Assembly: GCA_903813345.2 (NCBI GenBank)
Contig: CAIIXF020000001.1
Location: 992,001 to 1,056,000, forward strand
DNA: 64,000 bases
DNA from: Owenia fusiformis
Lineage: Eukaryota
Direction: 5' to 3'
A program made the position numbers and the translations under genes. Position 1 is the stretch's first letter. Every line of letters begins with the position of its first letter. Shown one piece after another: positions 1 through 14,373 of the stretch. Under the pieces are notes generated by a model, which made no database searches, was not told where the DNA came from, and saw only the letters and a list, made by a program, of their open reading frames with translations.

Positions 1-933
1 TAAACAATGAATATAAAAATTAAGTTATATAGTTCAACACTTGTGAGAGAGATTTAATTAAAAATGGTACTTTTCACTAGAATATTTTATCTTTCAATGA
101 TAATGGTATTTTGGGCAAGCTTTAAAAATAATTTAAAAGCGTTTTTATTCATGTGATGTGTTTTGCGAAACAAAATGTTAACGTTAATTAAAAAAGTATA
201 AAAAAGGATTTCCAGCCGAACCTCGGAAAATTGAATAAAGGTTTAAACCTGCTTTTTGAGTTGCCAATCAGTCAGTAATCAACACTCGTTCCAAAACGCT
301 ATCACATCTACCTAAAAAACTTTGTTAAATTGATATGGAAAATACAAAAATACAAGGTTCGTGTTATCGATCAAATAAATAGTGTAACTTCTTCGTTTAT
401 TTCGAATATTTGAAAGGTCAAAAGGATCAGACCACGTACCTAATTTTGTCTCTCGTATTTTACAACAGGCCTACTTTGATGTAGAAATTATTGAATTTAG
501 ATGCAGCACACAGAATTTAAGATGCCTATCTAGTATCCCGACACCTAAACGATTTCTTGTATGCTTAGATGAGCTGTGGATTATCCCGATTTTATACTCT
601 TCCGTCGAAATGACTTTCTTTATTCCAAGATAAAAATAAAGCAGGGAATTAGCGATTGCACGTTAATCTAACGCATTAGTTTTTTACAACTCCCTTGATT
701 ATATTTATAGTAAAATTCTATTCTGGGTGTCTCAAAATGAGTTAAGTTTTATTCAAGCTCACTTTTAATACTTCAAGTATTGCACACATAGGTACTATGA
801 TATAACAGTTGATGAATAATTCAATCGTTCTAATAAAATGATATATAACATGATAAATGGATAAAAATATTATCTATAATGTAGTTTACCGCTGAGCCAC
901 AAGGTTGTGGTAAATTTTACAGTAGTACATGTA

Positions 934-1487
934 CGAGGGGTTATCATAAAGTTCTCATAATATGTCTGTAAAACAAGCAATGGAATCGATTTTCGTGAAT
1001 TTTTTCACATTTTTTCACTTACCTATCTAGCGTACAAATAAAATTAACATAGGTTTTAGAACAAAAATGTTAGTGGGTTTTAACCAACATTCAATCTGCA
1101 CCCACGGGGCAAATTTTCTAAGGTGCAGTTTTACCTAAATTTTGCCAGACTTCTGAATTGTTGATTCACATATTCAGAATAACCCATTCCTTCAAAGTAG
1201 TTTCTCTTTGCTTTTGTGACACCACGTGTGTTGATATTTAAACTTATTCTATGACACATGTTTCTGAGCATTTTAGGGTGATAAAGGAAGTTTTCATATT
1301 GAATTGTACTTTGCCTCTGGTCACATGATTACTGCTTGCTACAGCAACCATATTTTATTTAATTCTCATATTAACATAAATATTTTATGATGAATCAATT
1401 CACCATTGATGCTAACACATCCCGTGAAAATATATAAAAAATAGTAATAAAAGAGAGGTATTATGATAACTTTATGATCACCCCTCG
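934..1487. mobile_element. Tc1/mariner-type MITE
   Basis: TIRs cgaggggttatcataaagttctcataa / ttatgataactttatgatcacccctcg. TA on the left, TG on the right. Confidence 0.8.
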
Positions 1488-3312
1488 TGATAATAATATA
1501 ATATAATAATATTATATAATAATAATAAAGAGAGAATCAGATATAGCGAGCAGGCTAAACAAAAAATTGTTTCAGTTTTAGAATATTTTTGGCTCATGTC
1601 ATTCCTTGTCATGTCTATTTTCTAAAAATCACAAAAGTGCATACTTTATTCCAGGAAAATTTAAGATTTTTACAATAATGTACTATTTATCTATAAGAAT
1701 GGTTACCATTCTTATTATTTGGGAGAATTTAAACATTTTTGACCCATTTTTGCACTTTGAATCATTAATAACTTCACCAATTTATAACATATTGTGAATC
1801 TTTTCGGAGATATTGTATTTGATAGTGTAAGGAATAGATTGGTAGGTCAATTATACATGTTGCTTGTAATTTTGTCACCCCCTATAGATCAGATTCTGCC
1901 TTTAATGTTAATGATTCTTTATTCACACATAGTTACACGGGTGTTAAAACACGAATATACCATGAGCACATGCTTTGAGGATCCGCGTTGTTTGAACCTA
2001 CCGCCGAGCACACTTATACATTAAGACCCGTTACACAGCCATGATACCGCCGAGCAAGCCTGAAGCTCATTGCATCATCGGGTCTGCTTTACCCCCGTGT
2101 AGTTAGGCAAGATGTGTCCGATTCCAGCCAATCCAAACAGTATTTCATATAACTGCACTGCATTATCCAATAACTCACCCAAGGTCATTCGTTGAATGGT
2201 TGTGACAACTTGACTCTACAAATTGAAAATATTGGTTCGCCAAACTATGTTCTTTGAGTAATTTCGATTTTTTAGGTGGTTTCGGAGAAAAAATATTGCA
2301 ACGTGTGAAAAGAATTTAAACCCAAGACTTGATGCATTCTGGCTGATTCATTCCACCCAGGCTTTATTTCATAAACTTCACAACGAATTCAGTCCTTATT
2401 CAGTCCAATAAATCCAGGGCTTAAATAATGTATACATATTCACGCATCATATAATTTACATCATATTATGTATAATTCAATAATATGTTTTAAATATGTA
2501 CTCATCAAAAATGATGGATAAATAAACATAATAATCATACCAATTTATTTTAAGTAATGTAAGTAATGTAACTCCAAGACTAGAATTTTTTTATTTAAAA
2601 TGTATCAGTCTGTATTATAAAGCACTCTCCAAACGTTGGATGCTTTGAATCCCCGTGAATTTCATTTCTTATGACTTGTATGAGAAAAAAGTTGTTTTGG
2701 AAACTAGTGGAAAGTGGATTTCGAATATTTGAATTTCAAACAGACTTTGTGGAACTTCTAAAAAGCCAGAAACAACAAAAGGCCAAAATTCATTAAGGTT
2801 CTCTTTTAATACACCAAGAAAATGGTTAACTTGATTTTTCTACAAAATTCTTAAATCATCTAGGTCCAGAAAATGATTGTTCTTTACTGAACGTTTGAGT
2901 TTGTGCGCCAACCGTCATTTAATGTGGAACAATACAGTTTGTGCGTTTCCAATAAAATTACGTGATCACTTTTTCTGCTAGATCAAGCAGGGATTAATTG
3001 ACCGTTGATAATATTTCTTCATCTTCAATCTTTAATAACCAACTTCCAATTCAGTAAGATCACAATTTCCCTTTCAGATAATGAAATTAGAACTGTAAGG
3101 GAAACGTTGGCAAACTTTTTGAAAATATTGTTTTCAACATTTATGATATTCTAGTAAACGTACGGCCCCTACTACTTCGATCTTGAAGAAAATGGTACTC
3201 GCAAGGCTTATACTTAACGGGGAATCAAATCACATCAGATGGCATATCATATGTCTAACCTTTCCGAAAGATTGATTTTTCAAAAACACGGTTATTCAAT
3301 ATGGACCATAAA

Positions 3313-3400
3313 CGAGGGTTGTTCCAGAAATATCGAAATATATGCTCTTACTTCCTTGCATATATTATATAAATTGTGCATTACTTCTGGAACAGCCCTC
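3313..3400. mobile_element. Very short mariner-type MITE remnant
   Basis: Inverted ends cgagggttgttccagaa / ttctggaacagccctcg. Confidence 0.6.
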
Positions 3401-3762
3401 GCACTATATCCGCGAGCAGTACAGGGATAAATTTAATCTACTAAGGAAAATTGTTAATCTGTAAAATGATGTACAATGATCCCCGCTTACTAGTAAACTT
3501 CAAATCTATCCACTGTCCTGTTGTCATGTTTTATCGCCCATAACATGCCATGTTCATGGATTTTGTGACAGTTTTACCAGTAGAAGCATAATAAGGAGAG
3601 GTCAGTATGATCAAAGTATAACGTGTAATGTATACATAAAGGTATGTCAAAATAATTGCATAATGTGAATGCCAAAGAAGAAATATCATTTTCGAACAAA
3701 GACGACAGGTAAAAGAAGAAAATTTTAATTGATGGGGTCAATTTCAATGCCTGATTTGAATC

Positions 3763-4580
3763 TTTGTTGGGGTCATGTTACACGCATTGTATCTTTGTTG
3801 GGGTCACGGAACACGCATTGTATCCTTGTTGGGATCAGGTTACACGACACGCATTGTATCTTTGTTGGGGTCATGTTACACGGATTGTATCTTTGTTGAT
3901 CGGTTATGTTACACGCATTGTATCTTTCTTGGTCGGTAATGTTACATGCAATGTATCTTTGTTCGGGTCATGCTATATGCATTGTATCTTTGCCGAGGCC
4001 ATACTGCACGCATTGTATCTTTGTTGGGGTAATGTTACACGCATAGTATCTATGTTTACCTGCATTGTCTCTTTGTTGGCCGGTCATTTTGTTGTATTGT
4101 TGTATTTTGTTGAAGGTGAGCAATAGCTCTTGGGTATAATCCGTATACATATGGTCGTAGTTAACGCATGTAATCATGGAAGGCAGACGCAGGAACCCCT
4201 CCCTGGAGAAGCCCTGTTACTTTTTATGTGCACTCATACATAGTCAAACAAGTGAACACCGCGGCATTTTGTACGAGTTGTGGACCACTCAGTCAAACAC
4301 CCTATTAAAACGCAAACAAGCAAATTAAGTCTCATTATGATACTTATAGCATCTTTCTGTTTCACCTGAAACATCTCAGGGCTGAGAAGAAATAAGATGG
4401 CATGGTTTATGATGATGATTGAGTCTTTCCTGAAGCAGTGATCAAATCCAGGACCTATTGCGTAAAAGGTACACGCGCTACCACTAAGTTATACGGGTGG
4501 ACTATGTTACACGCATTGTATCTTTGTTGGGTCGGGTTACACTCATTGTATGTTTTTATGGTAATGTTAAACGCATTGAA
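3763..4580. repeat. Minisatellite, unit about 34-38 bp (gtcatgttacacgcattgtatctttgttggg), interrupted by a SINE
   Basis: About 9 units at 3763-4085, resuming at 4504-4580. Confidence 0.9.
4091..4503 (-). mobile_element. tRNA-derived SINE, diverged copy of the 43793-44119 family, inserted in a minisatellite
   Basis: Colinear with 43793-44119 (gaaggtgagcaata...ggaacccctcc...accactcagtcaaacaccct...cgggtggact). Carries an extra internal segment at about 4335-4420. Confidence 0.8.
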
Positions 4581-4849
4581 TTTTACACGTTACGTCTATT
4601 GTGCTCTATAAAAATAAACCATATAATACTTCGTGTTTCATTAAATCAAATTACTAATTGCGAAATCTACTGTTTTACTTTTTCTGAATATAAAGACTAA
4701 TTGAAGTCCAGTGAATATGAGCATGGTACGTAAAAAGAGATCGACACAGGTGTTATAGCTATTTTTAAATGCGTCTTATTACGTCAAATATATGCTTTTA
4801 TGCTAGGTTTCCTGATTAATAAAACCATCCATCTATAATATCTCCAATA

Positions 4850-5350
4850 CAGTAAAACCTGTATATCTGAACACCTGGCTAATCAGAACACCTCCTAATC
4901 TGAACACTTTTTTTCGGTCCCATTTTTCCTCCCATTGACTCCCATGTTAAAAAAACCTTGAAATGTGAACACCTCCCAATTTGAACAGTGAACAGTCATA
5001 TTTGAAAAATTCATCCGTCTAATCTGAACACTTTTCATAAAATTTCTGATGTTTCATACAAAATTGCTCAAATATTGTCATGATATCAAAACTTTGGAAA
5101 AAAATCTTGAATGGTCTCAATAATAATGGGGCTTTCCAGCATGACTTGATTCATTTGAATTGAATTTTGAAATTTCTGGAATGCCATAAAGTTATGTGGT
5201 CAAAAGAACTATAAATATTTACCGAGAATGTGTTCACATTTCTTCCAAATCCGGAATATTGCGAATGCCAAAACCTTGAAATGTGAACACCTCCTAATCT
5301 GAACGCTTTTAGCCGGTCCCAATGGCGTTCGGATTAGACAGGTTTTACTG
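4850..5350. mobile_element. Tc1/mariner (pogo-like) MITE
   Basis: TIRs cagtaaaacctgt.tatctgaacacc / ggcgttcggattagacaggttttactg with TA TSD (4848-4849, 5351-5352). Internal tgaacac repeats. Degenerate relatives lie in mTOR introns at about 47270-47412, 56809-57007 and 60960-61138. Confidence 0.9.
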
Positions 5351-8292
5351 TAATTGCTTTTTGAATTTCATTTTCCTGAGACACTCAACATTAATCGTTC
5401 AGTAACCAGTCCAAATGTGAAAACCTACGCAAGCTTCGTGTGTTTAATATAATTCAAAATATTGATTGAAGAACTGATAGTGCAGTCAGTTAGCTGTAAA
5501 ATGCACATACTAGATATAAAACACCATTTTTGACATATAAGTATCATTTATACATCTATTTTTAATATCTAACGAAGTGGTGGTGAAAAGTGGCCCCAAT
5601 ATATTGATAAAACCAGGCCTCGAGAATTTTGATCATTTACATTGAGCTCCATGTTAATTTATATATAATTATCATGCAAAAGACCCTCTGCAGAACAGTT
5701 CTAAAGAAATAAAACCCATATGCCTAGATTCTTAAAATAACATGATTATCTTCAAAATAAGAAGGGTTGTTTTTTATTTTGCTTAGTTCCAAGGGTATTG
5801 GCATTTGAATTTTGGAAAATCTCTATTGGTTGCCATTATAAACCGCTATCAATATGGCTTTATTAAGTCCTTTTTTCAAAATGTCTACTCTAATATTGTA
5901 GATTTCTATGGTTAGTATATTGACAGGCTCATTTCTAAAAATGCTATTTTTTAATAGATTTTGTTCTGCGAAAAGATTTGTATTTCAAAATTTGCTAAAT
6001 GGTATATTTAACAAAAATAATCAAAAACAATAATGCTTGTAATCAAGTTAGGTAAACTTAAATTGATTTTCACTAAAAAATATTTTTTAATGACTTAGCA
6101 TTATCTTAATCTTTTAAAGAAATATCGTTTCTGACGTCGGTGTCGCAACTCGTTCACGTAACAACGCAAGTCCAAATGATTCAATATTTATAAATACAAA
6201 GTAGGAAAGAATGATTATCTTTTATGTCCATGTATTTCAAAGAATCACGGGTGCAATTATCTTGCTTTCTGGTGACAAGATAATGCCTGATAATGTTCAA
6301 TGATTCCTTGTCGTCGTGATGAATTGCCTCGAAAACCAACCAGCAATTTGCTGTTTTTCACAATGCATCGGCCGTTTGCCTGATCCGAGAGCTAATTCAA
6401 CATGTTCCAATCAAACACATTGCTAAAATTGTCATTTAATGAGATAGGGTATGTTCGTATTTATGCTGTAGTGTCGGTTTACGTTGATGCCAAGTAATTT
6501 CCGCATCTTGGAATCTCGGTTATTGTAAGGCACTTATAAGCTATTAAAAACTTATCGGTCGATTTTATAAGCACCAATATCGTTTGATCTGCACTTGTAA
6601 ACTGTTTTGTAGACAATGGACGCTTTTTGAACTTTGGGTAATAGGTTTTCTGTTTCTGCAAAATGATTTTACAAGTTGACTGTAATGCATTTTAGGCGTT
6701 CGGTGTTTCTGGATGAAGTCAGATACTTGTCAATCGTTAATCTGAATATTGCAGTTTCTGGATATACAGTTTCCACATGTCTATTTTATTCCTCCTTGCT
6801 GCGTTATGATTATTCATGAAAGGGTTCAAGTTTCGCCTACATGAAGATCGCCGATTTAATAAAGGATCATTTGAATGGGTCTTGCCTTCGTAACCAATCA
6901 GTCAATACTTTATCACATTTGAAGATATGTCCACATTGAATAGAAGGACACCTTAAAGCTTCACAAGTGAAGTAAATAGGAGTCCGAGCGCACTATCTTA
7001 TCCCGTTATCACCGATACAGTGCCCCTATTTTCTTCCAAAAGCCATAAGTACATGGAGTACAGTACCCAGAGCAACTACCTATCTATGGCATCGCTCAAC
7101 TCTCATGCTATTTAGAAAGTGATTATTAGACATCTATAACACCTAGACTAATTTCACAATTGAATTTACGCTATTTAGTATCTAACGAAAGTTGATTTCA
7201 CATTTCACATATACATAGGTTGGTAAAGGCTGTTGTTTGGTTTTTGACGATCGAATGACTGGGTTGTAGCCAAATGAATAGTAATTTGTAGTTAATATCT
7301 TATTATTATATTATATCATTTTGTATTGGCTTTGATAAAATGTACATTATTCCCATTTTTATAGAAAAATTGTTTCATTTTTATCAGTAAACTTTGACAT
7401 ATAGCGGGTTTACACGCCTGCATTCCTTAGATATGCGTCGCTTATTGTGGCATTTATAAAAAGTCATTGTCATGGCGGAATAACCTTGCATAAAAAATGA
7501 ATATATTTGTTATTATGAGCCAAGATTAACAAGCCCAAATTGTATATGTTTTCCTCAATTGGTTTGTTGACCCGTTCGTAAATATCATGCAAAACATTAT
7601 GACAAATATGGATATACCTAATATGCGTTAAATGTTTCCATTAAGCCTAGACTTCTTTTCAGTTGATATTTTCTTGACAACTTTTCAAGGTTCTACATTT
7701 CTTGAAGCTAGTGCCCAAGTGATTCTTGTTGTAAATAATGTCAAATTGTTAAGAAATGCTTCAGCAGCCATCGGGAAATCATATCGCTATGTATTATTAA
7801 CATTCCGTTAAGCTTTGTCCAGAAGCATGTCCAAGTGTCGGTTTTTCGCCAGCAGAAGTTCATCGATCATCGTGGAAACTATTTGTAGCAGCTATAATTG
7901 AATAAACAATTACAACTGCAATATCAACTAATAAATAAATCATCTATTGCCAAAACTTAATTGCTCTTAAGGCACTCAAAATACCTCAAGGATTCATTTA
8001 TTAAAATAGAAAGCGTGTTTCACTCTCAATAACGGTAAGCCAACGCAATGCGGTGTGTAAATGGCTGACATTTAGTGGCTTAGATAAGATTAATAGCACT
8101 GGTGTGACTGACAGCGAGCGTAGCGAGTCATTTTGGGAGACAGATACATAGCATTATTATTAGAATGTTTTGATTTATGTTTCCAAAGTGTCTCGCAATA
8201 AATCTTGCGAACATCCCAAAGAAAATGTCAAAAATCAAGTGTGTAAAGGAGACCAGTCGGGGCGCATTGCGTTATACGTTTTAATGCAATAC

Positions 8293-8803
8293 TGGAGAGG
8301 TTAAGCTTTGCATATATAATCGAAACTGAACCTGTACGTATCACTCGACCATATACAAATTCATGTAGCCTTCTCATATAAATAGCCGTTCAAATCCAGT
8401 GTTTGTTTAGACTACACCATAGCGTGTAATGATTCTATAGTATGTCATTGATGCGGTTTTATAGCTGGTTTTCTAATACATATTTTAAACGAGCTCGTTT
8501 CGTAAGATTTTTGGCGCTAAATCATGCATGACATACATCATCGTGTTCAGCAAGAATTCAACTGTACACCGAAATCAAAATTGACAGCATAGTGTTCAAT
8601 AGACACGAGTAAAATGGTTCCCGTTGACCCAACGTCAAATATTCAAATCTCCCGTTCTAAACCCGAAACTCTGAAGCTGAAAGAGTATCTGAAGTAGACT
8701 AAGCGCGCATAAAACTATGAGCGCTCGATACATTCCTTTGTTAATTTTTGTACTTTGCGTTCACGGTTACGTTGTGAAAAACATCGATAGCTTAACCTCT
8801 CCA
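8293..8803. mobile_element. MITE with 15-bp TIR
   Basis: tggagaggttaagct at 8293-8307 and agcttaacctctcca at 8789-8803. The subterminal cgttcacg..gttgtgaaaaacat recurs at about 18111-18137. Confidence 0.7.
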
Positions 8804-11678
8804 ATGATTTGGACTTCTACCTGTAAAATCTCGTATTTCACATAAGTAGTACAAATATACCAAAATACTTACAAAACAAAACAAAAATAGCAAAAAGCAA
8901 TACGAGCGTAACCAGTCATGAAAACAAACCCCCAATACCCAAAATAATGACCTACGGTACTAAGAAACGATGTCTAACATACCCTTCCAAACTAAATAAA
9001 TAATAAACAAATAAAACAAACAAAAGAGGGGACATTTCATTCATATTGGAGACGTCACTACAATGCAGACTAAAGAAAAAAACTTAAGACTATAACTGAT
9101 AGATTCTAAATAACCATGACCTAATATGTCATACAATCCCTTGATATTTGGGAAGAACATTTAGCAAATTGAAAATGTCATTTATTACCTTTATTGATGT
9201 TTTATTAAGTGTTTTTGCAAACAGTTCGGAAAATCGGTGAGATTTTACTACTGCAGTTACTATGATATGGCTATTGATACCATGTTTCTATCCATTTTAG
9301 TAATATTGTTCCAATCCGTGATCTTGCCTCAAAAATCAAAAACATTTCACATTGGTTCGAATATTGGTACACTCAGGACATTTTTTCTTACTTTTTTCAC
9401 TTAAAGTGTTACCCCTACCCCAACAATATTTGTGAATTGTTGTAACGTTTTTCCATTAAAAACATATCTTTTTCATTTTCGCATTTTGACACGTTTTGAA
9501 TCGAAAATTACGCAAATTTCCAATGGATTGTGGTATTTTATTTGCTTATTCTAAAAAAGGTGTTCTCGTGTTTATTTTGATATAAAAAAACATAGGGTCA
9601 ACGGTCTGTTTTACGCTTGAAAATGCCGTTGAAGATTGGTGTGCTTTAACAATGATACAAAAGCCACTGGTCAATTCGCGTCATAATTTAACTAAATATA
9701 TGACGTCTTTCTCAAGAATTAACAAAATCGACTGCTCACAAAAACATAAACTAGCTAAGTCCACATGATAAACATCATTCCAAAATATTATAAATTATGA
9801 ATAAATTGAGGGCTAGATGCCCCAGTAAGACATTCATTCAATAAACGATAATGTAAAATGGCTAATAATAGCTATATTTGACTCCTATTCTAATATGCTA
9901 ATATTTCTGTTCATATTTCGGGAAAGGATAACGTTATATTTAAGGTTAACAGTTGTGAAAACTCAACATGTCCCGTCTTAATGAACCGCCTTCACAAGTA
10001 TAACCTCACAGAGCAGGCATGAATGATTTCGCTCGTGATATATAGCATGCGTGCTTTTTGATGATTTTCGGGTGGGGTTGTACATTCCCTGTGCATTCCT
10101 CACCCCGAGGTCCCCACTTATGTAAAGCTGTCGGATTTGAGCAAGATACGTCTACTGAATGTAGTACACGAATAATGTGTTTTAGTGAACGGCTATGGAC
10201 GTTTTTCGCATTTTATCCGGCATGTCCGATCATGGTCGTTTATACTCACTGGGAAAATATTTTTAACTGGTAACTATAATTATAAAAAATATAGAATAAT
10301 AACATAAATTGAACAAAGGTTTGAATGGCTTGTTTCACATGTTTGATGGTATTTGTTTTGACAGAAAGGAAAAACGAAAAAAGTAATGATTTCAATAGAA
10401 ATAAATATAAATTAATGTTCATGCACGGACTTTAAGTGTCCGTGTCCGTGGTTCATGTAATAAGTGTATACATGAATTATAGAAATTCCAAAATAGAATA
10501 CTGTATTTTACAATTGCCTTTTGATATTAAATACCCCTGGTCAATACATAGGCTATACAATATTACTTGATGAAAACGCATACATAGATTTGTCGTGTTT
10601 GTAATACATGGGCACATAGTATACACATATACTGCTGGGATAAACGAAAGAAACGGACACGAAACTGAAACAAGAATATACAAAAAATTACTGAATTATT
10701 TTGAAGAATTGATGACGTATAGTTCATTTGTTTGTTTATTTGTTGATGGGGCAATATGTCACTGACGTCACAGATAATGGTATCATATTCCTAGAACCCA
10801 TTAACAAAAATGTTATATGACGTCATGATAAAACAACATTGAAAATGAGAATCTCTTAGTCTGCTCTTAGTTGCTATGGATTACTATGTCGTAAAGCGTC
10901 ATTTATCGTCATTCTGCGTCCTTGATATTTAATACGGAACACTTGTCAAACGTGAAGTTAACAAACGAGCTTTTCATAGAGGTGTTAATTTTCTATTTCT
11001 GTAATTTAAAAATATATCACCATTGTCGTAAGGGTTACACTGGTATATCCTTAACTGACATTTTGGCGTTGCAGAGGTAATTAATTACAAATGTTTACAA
11101 AGTTAGTGACTCGTTATTAAATTAAATCCAGTAAAGGACATTGCATTGGGACAGAAGGGTGTAGCCAACTCCCGACGTGCAGGTTCAATGAATTCCATGG
11201 ATATTTCAAAAAGAAGTAAATCAAATTACAGTATATGGAAAACAAATTGAATGTCCGTTTAGCGCTATCTGTCTTGTCATTTTACACCCCTCGTCGTCTA
11301 ACCTAGATTCTGGCTAGCTTCTCCAATATTGACAGGTATTCTCTGAAGAAAAATGGCCACCTTTTCCTTTTTTAAACAAATCAACTGCGCTAAACACACA
11401 ATTAAACTGCAAGACACGAATCGTATTAGATAATCTAGCATCTAGCCATAGAATTTGTCGACTACCATTATTTATGACTCAGTTATTAGGTTTCTGAGGA
11501 TAGAGAAGGGCTAAGAAGTTAAATGTAAGTCGCAGAGATCATCATATATAAAACCTAGGTGTCATAAATAACTTATCAATAATCCAGAAAACCTTAACAA
11601 TTTAACCCCACTAACTAAAACATCGTCAATCTTATTAAGCAAGGATGCAGAAAGGTATAATGGAACGAAATAAAACAT

Positions 11679-12943
11679 TAACTATATCAAATTGTGACCA
11701 ATTTTGACCAATTGTTGGGTGCTGTGGTTATTCTATGGAGGGGAGTGTAACCATATCAAATGGCTGACCAGTTGTTGGGTGCTGTGGTTATTCTATGAAG
11801 GGGAGTGTAACTATATCAAATGGCTGACCAATTGTTGGGTGCTGTGGTTATTCTATGGAGGGGAGTGTAACTATATCAAATGGCTGGCCAATTGCTGGGT
11901 GCTGTATGTATATTATGGAGTGGAGTGTAACTATATCAAATGGCTGACCAATTGTTGGATGCTGTATGTATATTATGGAGTGGAGTGTAACTATATCAAA
12001 TGGCTGACCAATTGTTGGGTGCTGTATGTATATTATGGAGTGGAGTGTAACTATATCAAATGGCTGACCAATTGCTGGGTGCTGTATGTATATTATGGAG
12101 TGGAGTGTAACTATATCAAATGGCTGACCAATTGCTGGGTGCTGTATGTATATTATGGAGTGGAGTGTAACTATATCAAATGGCTGACCAATTGCTGGGT
12201 GCTGTGTGTATATTATGGAGGGGAGTGTAACTATATCAAATGGCTGACCAATTGTTGGGTGCTGTGGTTATTCTATGAAGGGGAGTGTAACTATATCAAA
12301 TGGCTGACCAATTGCTGGGTGCTGTATGTATATTATGGAGGGAATTGTAACTATATCAAATGGCTGACCAATTGTTGCTTGCTGTGGTTATTCTATGGAG
12401 GGGATCGGAGTGTAACTATATCAAATGGCTGACCAATTGCTGGGTGCTGTGGTTATTCTATTGAGGGGAATGTAACTATATCAAATGGCTGACCAATTGC
12501 TGGGTGCTGTATGTATATTATGGAGTGGAGTGTAACTATATCAAATGGCTGACCAATTGTTGGGTGCTGTATGTATATTATGGAGTGGAGTGTAACTATA
12601 TCAAATGGCTGACCAATTGCTGGGTGCTGTGTGTATATTATGGAGTGGAGTGTAACTATATCAAATGGCTGACCAATTGCTGGGTGCTGTATGTATATTA
12701 TGGAGTGGAGTGTAACTATATCAAATGGCTGACCAATTGCTGGGTGCTGTATGTATATTATGGAGTGGAGTGTAACTATATCAAATGGCTGACCAATTGC
12801 TGGGTGCTGTATGTATGTTATGGAGTGGAGTGTAACTATATCAAATGGCTGACCAATTGATGGGTGCTGTATGTATATTATGGAGTGGAGTGTAACTATA
12901 TCAAATGGCTGACCAATTGTTGGGTGCTCTGGGTATTCTATGT
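11679..12943. repeat. 60-bp minisatellite, about 21 units
   Basis: Unit tggctgaccaattg(c/t)tgggtgctgt(atgtatat/ggttattc)tatggag(t/g)ggagtgtaactatatcaaa, in register with the 60-nt lines. Two main variants. Confidence 0.97.
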
Positions 12944-14373
12944 AGGAAGCACAGACAATAAAAAACGTTTCTAGTCGGCTTATAACCCAATAATTCCTAC
13001 GCAATGGGATTTAATGATTAGATAGAATCGCAGGAAACCCATCTTGGGAACGAAAACAATTTTCGTGCCGTGATTGTAAACGACCTGAACTTCCCTGCAC
13101 AGGCTCTAGAGTTAAGTTTTGGCATTTCATTTATATTTCCAAAGTGAGCACGTTGTGCTTTAGCGTGTGGCTTTACGAGTTTATCTTGTGCTGAGACCAA
13201 CTCTACACGTAGGTTAATTAATGGTCTTGGAACTAGATAAATGAACGGAAAGTAAATGTACACAACGAAGATGTATCTGAAGAGGATTTATAACATTGTA
13301 TCTAAGGAATTTTGTCCAATATAATAAATAAGTGAATAATTAAACAAACAAACAAACAAAAGAACAAACGAACAAATAAAGAACTGGTATGCGTTTTTCG
13401 CCCTGATTCATAGAGGCTAAGCTTCTTTTGTCACCATTGGTATGTGGGAAATATGTTGTTTTCAAGAGTACAGTACATGTATTATATCTCGTTACCTCGT
13501 TATGAATGGCGATATAAATATAACAATCATGAAAAAATCATTATCATGGCTATGATTATTTTTTGAAACAGATATATTCGATTGTGTACAAATGTTTGGT
13601 GTAATGTTATTTCATTCATCATGTTTCTATCTCATTTATTTGTTATATCACACGCGCAAATGACACGCTGCCTTGGAAAGCATACATCAATTAATTTCGT
13701 TCAATCATTCTGACAATGCAAAGTATATTCGGTGTCACATATCTAATCAAAGGCGATAACCATCCATAGGCGAGATTGATTACGTCATTTGTCGTGTATC
13801 GATATATATTCCATTAACTCAATTATGTCATTCGATATGATATCGATGTTGTCTACATGTATCGAACTAGCCCTTTTGTATCGATCCTACCTTTTGATAT
13901 TAACAATATCTTTCAAATAAATTCATAAACTCCAATACGCAAATAGTTGTTTTTCTGATCTGTTTAGCATATTAAGATCGCAACTAAGATCTCAACTTTA
14001 CGATTTATTGCAAACATATGACAATAGATTTTTATTTATTTTCCTGATTGCCAAAGACAGAAAAACCTCAATCGCTTTGCGATATCAGTAGTTTAATAAT
14101 GATCCGAAAATATCATTGGTCATATTTTGCGCCATTAATCATGAAACCTTGGTTTTAATTCCTTAAATAAAGAAAATATTGCTGGAAAGTTCCAATTTCA
14201 ATGAATGCATTTGATTTGATTCGGTATTTTCAAAAATCAAACTTTTCATATGTAGCCATGGCACACTGAAAAAATACCTGGAATACATTTCAATGACGTT
14301 TTGTATTAAAATGTCAAAATGTTACTAACAAAATATTAAAAAGAACTTAATATTAATTAATAATATTTTTCAG

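Noticed and set aside
11704-13004. Long ORFs with 20-aa Cys/Trp/Tyr repeats, or a CRISPR-like array
   Set aside because: Pure 60-bp tandem repeat with no unique spacers. The frame is broken near 12405-12470, and there is no start or splice context.
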